DNA from: Escherichia phage 241Ecol014PP
DNA: 64,000 nucleotides
Sequence record: OR062943.1
Strand: one strand, 5' to 3'
Shown here: positions 56,718-64,000 of the stretch, in pieces
Position numbering within the stretch: the stretch's first letter is position 1
How the letters are laid out: the number at the start of each line of letters is the position of its first letter
Translations under genes and position numbers: made by a program
The notes under the pieces: model-generated
The model's database searches: none
What the model was told of the DNA's origin: nothing
What the model saw: the letters and a program-made list of their open reading frames with translations, nothing else

Positions 56718-58094
56718 ATGCCATATTTAGATAAAGTGGTAGATGTTACAGTTAACCTCGGAACCCAGCCTATTGACACTGTAGGTTTCGAAACTCCCCT
56801 GTTCATCGCTATCCACAACAACTTTACTGAGCGAGCTCGCGTATATGCAGAGCTGGATCAGATGGTGGAAGATGGTTTCGCACAAGGCTCTGCAGCGTAT
56901 GAGTTTGCAGCAAAAGCTTTTGGTGGTGTATTCCCTCCACAATACGTTATGATCGGCAGACAGGCCAAAGAAAAGACCACTGTAGATTTTAAAGGTATTG
57001 CTGCCGCAGCTGATACTGATGTCGTAATGACTATTGCAAAAGGTAGCTACAATACCTCTTTGATAGTCCCTATCTCTGGTGGAACAGCTGCAACTCAGAT
57101 TGCAGAATCAATGAAGACTAAAATCGAAGCAGATGATAACTTGGACGATATCACTGTAGAGGCTGCTGATGGTGTTATCACCATCACTGGTGACTGTACT
57201 GTTGGTTACCATACTGGTAACTATACAATCAAAAATATCGCCAATGCTGAAAAACCTTCTACAGTAGTTGATAAGATCAATGCTGAGCGTGACAATTGGT
57301 ACTTCCTGTGCCATGAAGACCACACCGACATTGAAGCATGTGCTAAGTGGGCTCAGGCTAACTACAAGCTGCATGTCTACTCTACTGCAGAAGATGTGAC
57401 TGGTAAAGATAATAACATCGCCACCAAACTGAAAGCTGCACAATATGACAGTGTCGGCATGTACGATCCTCGCGCAGATAAGGACTTCCCGGAGGGTGGT
57501 ATCATAGGTGCTATGGCATCCAACGATCCGTCTTACGGCGACAGCTTGCACTTAAAACAGATGCCAGGTGTGATTGCACCGTCTCTGACTTTAACTCAGC
57601 GTATGGCTATTTGGGAAAACCACGTTAACTTCTACAGAATGATTAACGGTGTTGGCGCTTTCTGGGAAGGTAAGTGTGCTTCAGGTCAGTATGCAGACGC
57701 TATTCGTTTTGCACACTGGATCAAGTTCAGATCTGAAGAATCTATGTTTGGGTACATGCATCGTCGCTCCAACATGGGTTTAAGCATGAAGATGTCTGAT
57801 GATGATCTTCCGGTTATCAAGTCTGTCCTGATGAACAACCCAATCAACACTGGCATTAAGAATGGTGCGATCCTGACAGGTTTTGACGAAGACAACAATG
57901 TGTTCTACGACCCGATCATCACAGTTCCTAAACGTGCAGAGATTCCAACCAATCAGTTGGCTGCTCGTGTTCTGGAAGGTGTGAAAGTAGAACTGGTGTA
58001 TAACAACGCCCTGCACTTCGTTCGTATCCGGATCAACGTCCTTCTGGACAAAGTTGGTTCTAAATCCACCAATGCTGTTGCAATGACTGAATAA
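56718..58094 (+). CDS. tail sheath protein (putative)
   Basis: 458-aa ORF followed by 157-aa tube-like ORF, chaperone and tape measure. Confidence 0.5.
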   Translation: MPYLDKVVDVTVNLGTQPIDTVGFETPLFIAIHNNFTERARVYAELDQMVEDGFAQGSAAYEFAAKAFGGVFPPQYVMIGRQAKEKTTVDFKGIAAAADTDVVMTIAKGSYNTSLIVPISGGTAATQIAESMKTKIEADDNLDDITVEAADGVITITGDCTVGYHTGNYTIKNIANAEKPSTVVDKINAERDNWYFLCHEDHTDIEACAKWAQANYKLHVYSTAEDVTGKDNNIATKLKAAQYDSVGMYDPRADKDFPEGGIIGAMASNDPSYGDSLHLKQMPGVIAPSLTLTQRMAIWENHVNFYRMINGVGAFWEGKCASGQYADAIRFAHWIKFRSEESMFGYMHRRSNMGLSMKMSDDDLPVIKSVLMNNPINTGIKNGAILTGFDEDNNVFYDPIITVPKRAEIPTNQLAARVLEGVKVELVYNNALHFVRIRINVLLDKVGSKSTNAVAMTE

Positions 58095-58104
58095 GGAAGA
58101 CTAG

Positions 58105-58578
58105 ATGGAAACTCAAATTTTAACTCCTTATGCTTATGATCCTAAAAAGGTCAAACTGTATCTGATGCAGCAGCGTGTCACTGGCTTCGCTGCTGACACC
58201 AAGATCGTTGTTTCAAGAAACGAAGACAACATCTACCCTCACGTTGGTGTGGATGGCGAAATGTCTGCTGCCCTGTCTCGTAACCAATCTGGTGTTATGA
58301 CTGTATCTTTGCAGAACACTTCTGTATGGAACGCTTACCTTTCTGACTGGCAGAAACAGGCATCGATTACTGGCCTGGTATTCTTCCCGGTTCTGCTGGA
58401 AGGTAGCCAGGGCCCTGGTATTTCCACAATTGGTTGGATCCAGAAACAGCCTGACCTGACTTACGGAACCGAAGTAGGTCAGCTGGACTGGGATATCGGT
58501 ATTCTGGATGCATGGCTCAACCGTGATAACATCACTGGTGCTCTTACTGGCCTCGCAGGTCTTGCAGGTATTATCTAA
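58105..58578 (+). CDS. tail tube protein (putative)
   Basis: Size and position. Confidence 0.5.
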   Translation: METQILTPYAYDPKKVKLYLMQQRVTGFAADTKIVVSRNEDNIYPHVGVDGEMSAALSRNQSGVMTVSLQNTSVWNAYLSDWQKQASITGLVFFPVLLEGSQGPGISTIGWIQKQPDLTYGTEVGQLDWDIGILDAWLNRDNITGALTGLAGLAGII

Positions 58579-58596
58579 GGGCACACTTTAGCATAA

Positions 58597-58627
58597 GCCT
58601 CACCTTCGGGTGGGGCTTTTTGCTTTT
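58597..58627 (+). terminator. rho-independent terminator (GCCTCACC-TTCG-GGTGGGGC, T run)
   Basis: Direct reading. Confidence 0.65.
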
Positions 58628-58668
58628 ATGGTTTTGACACACGTTCTTGAATTGCTTGAAAGGTTAAA

Positions 58669-58697
58669 TTGACAATGCACCATAATCATGGTAAAAT
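58669..58697 (+). promoter_or_regulatory. late-type promoter TTGACA-17-TAAAAT (TGGTAAAATACA)
   Basis: Direct reading. Confidence 0.5.
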
Positions 58698-58740
58698 ACA
58701 CAAATATGGTGCACAACATGACTAATAAGGATGCTATAAA

Positions 58741-59214
58741 ATGGCTATAAACTTTAGACCTACAACAGAGATTGATTTAGCAGGGCACAACTTTGTGATC
58801 ACCCACTGGGGACCGATGAAAGCAATGAAGAACATGCCTAAAATCGGTAAGATTGTGGCTGTCCCGCTAGGTGCTATCGGTGGATCTATTATCTCAGGCG
58901 GTCAGAACATGGCAGAGGTTCTTCCTACTGCTCTGGCTTACCTGTTCCAAGAACTTGATGATAACTCTATCGAAGAGTTATTTAAAATTTTGTTCGAAGA
59001 TATTACCGTAGATGGTGTGGATAAGCTTAACCCGGATGTTGTGTTTGCAGGGCATCTGCTGGAGATGATTAAGCTGGCAGGTAAGGTTCTGGAGGTTAAC
59101 TACGGCTGTTTTTTCACACAAGACGGTTTAGGAAGCCTTCTGGAGATGTTACAGCAGATGGGTATGATTCAGCAGGTGAACAACCTGGATCAGACTCCGG
59201 AAGAGCAGGAATAA
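58741..59214 (+). CDS. tail assembly chaperone (zero-frame product)
   Basis: Immediately upstream of tape measure gene; contains slippery heptamer T_TTT_TTC at 59109-59115. Confidence 0.65.
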   Translation: MAINFRPTTEIDLAGHNFVITHWGPMKAMKNMPKIGKIVAVPLGAIGGSIISGGQNMAEVLPTALAYLFQELDDNSIEELFKILFEDITVDGVDKLNPDVVFAGHLLEMIKLAGKVLEVNYGCFFTQDGLGSLLEMLQQMGMIQQVNNLDQTPEEQE

Positions 59215-59474
59215 GCAAGGTTGTTGTGAGGGCCAGTGAGTGGGCAGCCAAGAACAGTTCACTCAACTGGTTCGACTTTCTTTGGTGCAGGGTGCTCAAG
59301 AATTTCAAAGGGGAAAATTTTGAATCGCTAAATCTTGCAGATATGGCGTATTTCCTGAAGCTCTGTGAGTATCTTGATATCGAAGAATTCCTAGATACCG
59401 TCCAAAACAGGGAAATGGAGCGGGAGCAGAAGGCTGCCGCAGCTGCTGCGAAAGCTAAGCGCAGGAGAGGATAA
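59115..59474 (+). CDS. -1 frame extension of tail assembly chaperone (frameshift product 58741..59114 + 59115..59474)
   Basis: -1 frame is closed by TAA at 59097-59099 and open from 59100 to 59474. Confidence 0.55.
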   Translation, partial: HTRRFRKPSGDVTADGYDSAGEQPGSDSGRAGISKVVVRASEWAAKNSSLNWFDFLWCRVLKNFKGENFESLNLADMAYFLKLCEYLDIEEFLDTVQNREMEREQKAAAAAAKAKRRRG

Positions 59475-59478
59475 TCTA

Positions 59479-59517
59479 AGGGCCGGATTCCTTTTCTGGG
59501 ATCTGGCCCTTTTTATT
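59479..59517 (+). terminator. terminator-like hairpin (AGGGCC...GGCCCT, T run)
   Basis: Direct reading. Confidence 0.45.
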
Positions 59518-59528
59518 ATGAGGAAACC

Positions 59529-61865
59529 ATGGCTACAAACAAAATAGTTGCCACAACAGTCAACAAGATTGGCTTTGAGATAGAGAACTCCTCCTACAAA
59601 AAAGCTGTAGAGAAAATTCGCAGTATTGGGAGGGAGTTCAGGAAACTTGGCGAGGATTTTAACTCAGCCAACCCCATGAGTAGATGGCAGGCGGTAGCTG
59701 TTAAAACCCAGCAGACAATGCAGCGGGTTGCCAGACAGCAATCTCAGGCAAATGCTAAACTGCACAGAGAGAGCGTAGCACAGGCCAAGAAAGAGGCTGC
59801 AGTAAGGGCTGCAATAGAACGTAGGGAGAATGCGAGACGTAAACAAGCTGTAGGTAATCTTACCGCTAAAAATCCAGAAATGGCTAGGATGCGTAAGTTC
59901 TACCAGCAGCAAGCTAAAGAGGCCAAAAAGGCTGCCAAATCTGCACCAGTGTCTTACGGCGGTTATAAGCCACCTAAGGCAAGAGTTCTGGCTAATACTA
60001 AAGCTTTCAAATATATCCCCGGTAACCCTAATATGGGTGGTGTGGCTTCCGACCCTAATCTTGTGAAAGCTCAGACAGCTGCTATGAATCGTTATCATAG
60101 ACAGCTAAGAAGGGACGGTAAAGCTGGTATGGATAATAGGCTTATGTCGGATCGTGAGGCAAGAAGAACCCACCTCTACAACTCCGCGATAAGACTTTCT
60201 GCCAAGTATGGTGCCGGATTCCGTGGAAGCTTGCCAGGATACTCAGAGTTAGAGTCCAGGTTTGCTCGCGGGGAGATGAAAAAGTCAACCTTTAACGCCC
60301 ACCTGTCAGCGCTGCAGTCTGGATTTAAAAGTGCCACCAGCCAAACGCTTACACTAGGCGATGCCATGAGAGACTTACGTAGATCTGTTATTAATGCAAC
60401 AGCTGCGTATACAGCTTTTTCTGGATTTGCTGCGGTTAACAGATCCGGTCACATGATGGAGGGGGCAAGTGCTGCTCTTACTGCTGTTACTGGAGATCCA
60501 AACAAAGCCAACAGTGAGGTTGCGTTTGTCCAGCAAGAGGCTATGCGTCTTGGTTTTGATCTCAAATCTGGTCTTCAAGGTTACGCCCAAATGTCGGTAA
60601 ACGCCAAAAACCAGATGACAAACCAGGAAGTGCATGAGCTGTTTTCTGCATACTCCCAGTATGCTGCTGCTTATGGTGCCGATGAGGTAAAATACCAGCG
60701 CGGTATTATGGCAATCCAACAGATGCTCGGGAAGGGACAAGTAATGTCCGAAGAGCTGAAGCAACAACTTGCTGAAGCATTGCCTGGTGCATATGAACCT
60801 TTTATCAAGGCCACCAAAGAGGCTTTTGGTCTTTCTGAACTCTCCATGGATCAGTTCATGGACATGATGAAGAAAGGTGAGGTTAAAACAGCCAAGATCA
60901 TGAAGTATGTGGCTAAGTACATGAACGAGGCATCTGCAGCTGGTTATGAAAGAATGCAGAAGTCTAACGTGCTGGCAGAAAACAGACTGAAAACCTTCAT
61001 CGAACTGACTCGTCAGAAACTGTTCACCCGTTGGTCTGACGAACTAACAGAGTTCTATTATACACTAATCCGCACTGGTGAGACTCTGCAATTTGTGTGG
61101 GATGCCTCTGGTGATTTTGTTAGCGGGTTTGTGAGAGGCCTTAACTGGGTAGTTGGTGAACTAAACAATACTATAGTTAAGATCCGCATGTTTTTCCTTG
61201 AATGGGGGATTAAATGGGGATTCATAACAGCTAAGACGAAGGAATATTCTGAAGAGCTTCATGACACCTTTAGCTATGCTAAATGGGCAGGGTTTGCTGC
61301 TGCCATCATGCTGGTCGTCAACGCCCTAACAAAAGGTTTTGTCATGGCATCTATGCTTGTAAAAACCTTTAAATTCCTTAATTCTCTAAGAGGTGCAGCT
61401 GGAGCAGCAGGTGCAGCTACTGCAGAAGGATCTGGTGGTGGTGGCGCGGCAGGAAAAGGTGGAGGTGGCCTCAAGACACCTGGTGGTAAAGTTGGTCTGC
61501 TTGGCAAGCTGGGCATTATCGGTACAATATTAAGCGCCGGGGAATTATTTAATGACCGTTTCAACCCACTGAGTGAAAGAAATCAGCAACTGGATACTAT
61601 CAGCGATATGATTCGCAAAGATATCATATCGGGAGGTAACGGGTTTGTTAATCCTTTGGACACCTTACCGGGCGGGACTCTTCCGTTGCCGGGTGGCCCT
61701 GGTTTTGCTTCTCAATTAAGAACTATGGAAATGCTACCTTTAGAGATCAGTGATGGGAAAATCACGATTTCAATAGATGAGGGTGAGTTTAACAAAATAT
61801 TTGATGCAAAACTTGAGTGGGAGAACAATAAAGATATCAACTTCATGTCTACCGACCTTTGGTAA
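59529..61865 (+). CDS. tail tape measure protein
   Basis: 778 aa; coiled-coil N-terminus; Gly-rich GAAGAAGAATAEGSGGGGAAGKGGGG; follows chaperone. Confidence 0.8.
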   Translation: MATNKIVATTVNKIGFEIENSSYKKAVEKIRSIGREFRKLGEDFNSANPMSRWQAVAVKTQQTMQRVARQQSQANAKLHRESVAQAKKEAAVRAAIERRENARRKQAVGNLTAKNPEMARMRKFYQQQAKEAKKAAKSAPVSYGGYKPPKARVLANTKAFKYIPGNPNMGGVASDPNLVKAQTAAMNRYHRQLRRDGKAGMDNRLMSDREARRTHLYNSAIRLSAKYGAGFRGSLPGYSELESRFARGEMKKSTFNAHLSALQSGFKSATSQTLTLGDAMRDLRRSVINATAAYTAFSGFAAVNRSGHMMEGASAALTAVTGDPNKANSEVAFVQQEAMRLGFDLKSGLQGYAQMSVNAKNQMTNQEVHELFSAYSQYAAAYGADEVKYQRGIMAIQQMLGKGQVMSEELKQQLAEALPGAYEPFIKATKEAFGLSELSMDQFMDMMKKGEVKTAKIMKYVAKYMNEASAAGYERMQKSNVLAENRLKTFIELTRQKLFTRWSDELTEFYYTLIRTGETLQFVWDASGDFVSGFVRGLNWVVGELNNTIVKIRMFFLEWGIKWGFITAKTKEYSEELHDTFSYAKWAGFAAAIMLVVNALTKGFVMASMLVKTFKFLNSLRGAAGAAGAATAEGSGGGGAAGKGGGGLKTPGGKVGLLGKLGIIGTILSAGELFNDRFNPLSERNQQLDTISDMIRKDIISGGNGFVNPLDTLPGGTLPLPGGPGFASQLRTMEMLPLEISDGKITISIDEGEFNKIFDAKLEWENNKDINFMSTDLW

Positions 61866-61876
61866 TAAACTGTGCA

Positions 61877-61901
61877 GGGGGGCTCCGGCCCCCTTTATTT
61901 T
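61877..61901 (+). terminator. rho-independent terminator (GGGGGC-TCCG-GCCCCC, T run)
   Basis: Direct reading. Confidence 0.7.
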
Positions 61902-61970
61902 ATCGGTGTTGTAAAAACGGCTATTTTATGATACAATATCTAGATGGTATCGGAGTGTCCTGGAGAGGTT

Positions 61971-62855
61971 ATGCCAAGCAATATAGTTGATGAAAAAGAC
62001 CTGTACAAGCCTCAAGAGGTTAAATCTCCAAAGGCTGAAAAGGCAGAGCAGCAAACTGAAAGCGATGTAAAGTACACTATGTTTGTCAGCGGTCTTAACT
62101 ATGGCGGTCGCAATACGGAGATGAAGGGTAAAAACTTTACTAACGATCTTGCCATTATCTTCGATCAGGTTGAGAATTACTCTTTCAAACATTCTGTTGA
62201 TAAGACTGGGTTTGCGGTGGAAGATAAATCTACCCTGTCAGACCACGCTGTAATTAAAGATGGTGTATTTTCTTTTACTGGTAGGGTAAATACATCCCCA
62301 CACATAATTTATGAGCAAAACTACATTGATAGGAATACTGACTCTAAAAACCCTGCAGCATCTATGCGACCAGGCGCTGCATTGGAGGCTTTGACTGAGA
62401 TTATCAATAAGCGACAGTTGGTTTCTTTGGTTACCGAGGAGAGACTTCTTGAGAACTACATCATAACCAGTCTTTCTGCCAACAAGTCTGTTGGTGAAGG
62501 CGCTGCAATGGTGTTTGATGTAGAGCTTACAGAGTTCCGCACATTCTACTTGAATAAGGTTGTTAATGCAACTGTATACAGCAATCCTAAGAAAGTAGGC
62601 AAAACCCAGCAAAAAGGTGCTGTCAACGACTGTAAGAATGGCAGTAACGTGGGTAACAAGAGGGACACAGGAGCATTCGCAGACACTGCATCCACAAACG
62701 CTGCAGAGGAGTGGCAGCCATACAAATCTATGATGTGGACAGATGAAAACGGTGTTACCCAATCGGCTGCGGATTGGTATTATCAGGAATATGGAAGACC
62801 TTCTACCATAGTCCCCTCTGAGCAGGGAAACTACAACAAAGTTAACGGGAAATAA
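61971..62855 (+). CDS. tail/baseplate protein (unknown)
   Basis: Start trimmed to ATG after GGAGAGG. Confidence 0.5.
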   Translation: MPSNIVDEKDLYKPQEVKSPKAEKAEQQTESDVKYTMFVSGLNYGGRNTEMKGKNFTNDLAIIFDQVENYSFKHSVDKTGFAVEDKSTLSDHAVIKDGVFSFTGRVNTSPHIIYEQNYIDRNTDSKNPAASMRPGAALEALTEIINKRQLVSLVTEERLLENYIITSLSANKSVGEGAAMVFDVELTEFRTFYLNKVVNATVYSNPKKVGKTQQKGAVNDCKNGSNVGNKRDTGAFADTASTNAAEEWQPYKSMMWTDENGVTQSAADWYYQEYGRPSTIVPSEQGNYNKVNGK

Positions 62856-62867
62856 GGAGAGCGTATA

Positions 62868-63248
62868 ATGGAGCTTAAAGATTGGTGCATAATCACCTTT
62901 GTGTGGGACATTGACGGCTTTCCTGATCAAACCATGCGTGTTGTTTTAGACAATGAAACGTATGAAATGCGTATGCAATGGAATGAGAGGGATGAGTCCT
63001 GGTGGTTATCTCTTGGTCCAGTAGGTGACAGCCCTTTAGTAACCAGAAAAGTAACAGCTTGTCAAGATATTTTAGACGGACTGCATTACCGAGATGATTT
63101 ACCGAAAGGTAGACTGATGGCGCTGTCGTTTAAAGACGATCAATATTGGGGCAGGGTTGGAAGATATAACCTTGGGGCGAGATCTGAGCTACAACTTGTA
63201 TACGGCACCCCGGTTGATCTTTACAAGGAACAGCAAGGGTTAGAATAA
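62868..63248 (+). CDS. tail/baseplate protein (unknown)
   Basis: ORF track; RBS AAGGAGA. Confidence 0.5.
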   Translation: MELKDWCIITFVWDIDGFPDQTMRVVLDNETYEMRMQWNERDESWWLSLGPVGDSPLVTRKVTACQDILDGLHYRDDLPKGRLMALSFKDDQYWGRVGRYNLGARSELQLVYGTPVDLYKEQQGLE

Positions 63249-64000
63249 TGGCAGAGTACAGACGTAGAACATGGCGATTATTGTTTGGTCGTCCTGTAGA
63301 ACATGGCGGTAAATCAAAAACCAATATCCCAAAATCTGTTGAAAAGAAAGGGGAGAGTGATTCCGGAGTTTATGAAGTTAGCTCGGACACTGGTGCTGCC
63401 AATATAGAGTTTGACATACAAAAGGACAATACCAAAGAGCCAAACAAAGGTTATGTGACAGTTTACAACCTGTCTGACGATACAGTTAACTATCTGGATA
63501 TGCATCAGGCTGATGCCCTTGCAGTTATGTTTGAAGCTGGCTATGATAATGAGAACCAGTTAATATTCTCCGGAACTGTGGAGTTTGTTGAAGACAGATG
63601 GGAAGGTCCGACCAGAAAAACTAAGTTCATCTTCGGGGATGGCACTGAGAACATCATTAAGTGCCAAAGCACCAGATCTTATCAGAAAGGCACACCTCTG
63701 AACTCTGTGCTTAATGACCTGCTGAAGGATATGAACTTGCCAAAAGGTAGGGTTGTTGGTTTTGGAAACCAGACTTTGCAATACTCTATGGCTTTCTCTG
63801 GAAACACTGCAGAGAACCTCCGCAGGTTTGCAAGGCTGACCAACTCCACATTTAGCGTTCAGGATGGGGCTTTGTATTGGACTAAGGTTGGAAAAAGGTT
63901 CAAAGACTCTGTGTTTGAAATAAGTGCAGAGTCTGGGATGCACGGATCTCCCACCCCTAAAAACCCAGAACCTGCTAAAAAACGAAAAGCTAAAGCTGCT
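63248..64000 (+). CDS. tail/baseplate protein, 5' partial (runs off window end)
   Basis: ATG at 63248 overlaps upstream stop (TAATG); frame read by hand to 64000 without stop; absent from ORF track. Confidence 0.5.
   Translation, partial: MAEYRRRTWRLLFGRPVEHGGKSKTNIPKSVEKKGESDSGVYEVSSDTGAANIEFDIQKDNTKEPNKGYVTVYNLSDDTVNYLDMHQADALAVMFEAGYDNENQLIFSGTVEFVEDRWEGPTRKTKFIFGDGTENIIKCQSTRSYQKGTPLNSVLNDLLKDMNLPKGRVVGFGNQTLQYSMAFSGNTAENLRRFARLTNSTFSVQDGALYWTKVGKRFKDSVFEISAESGMHGSPTPKNPEPAKKRKAKAA

Noticed and set aside
62238-62930. 230-aa minus-strand ORF overlapping the tail genes
   Set aside because: Antisense to two well-supported plus-strand genes in an entirely rightward operon; Cys/Arg-rich low-complexity translation

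Overview
This 64-kb window reads as a large segment of a tailed dsDNA phage genome (AT-rich, densely packed, strongly strand-segregated). Positions ~1-1300 are ORF-poor and contain short dispersed repeats. Positions ~1300-40100 are a leftward-transcribed (minus strand) early/middle block: many small hypothetical proteins (including paralogous families and an HPF/RaiA-like ribosome hibernation factor homolog), two N6-adenine DNA methyltransferases, a ClpP-like protease, PhoH, anaerobic (nrdD/nrdG) and aerobic (nrdA/nrdB) ribonucleotide reductases with glutaredoxin, ThyX, nucleotidase and kinase-like enzymes, exonuclease, Endo VII-like and RuvC-like resolvases, RNase H/FEN-like nuclease, a lambda R-type endolysin, DNA ligase, MazG-like and Sir2-like proteins and an RNA-ligase-like nucleotidyltransferase. 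nrdD appears to be interrupted by two group I introns, one carrying an HNH endonuclease. Positions ~40100-64000 are rightward (plus strand): polynucleotide kinase and metallophosphoesterase (RNA repair), an HTH protein followed by a four-iteron palindromic array, AT-rich tract and GC-rich structured island (candidate replication origin), a tRNA cluster (Arg-TCT, Tyr-GTA, Ser-TGA, Thr-TGT, Met/Ile-CAT, one atypical tRNA-like element and one class II tRNA split exactly at the anticodon loop by an HNH endonuclease ORF), spanins, a terminase large subunit gene split by a group I intron with an Endo VII-family endonuclease ORF, then portal, scaffold, decoration, major capsid, connector proteins, putative sheath and tube, a tail chaperone with a -1 frameshift site, tape measure protein and the first baseplate-region genes. 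All functional calls are from motif-level reading of the translations and sequence; no database search was run.
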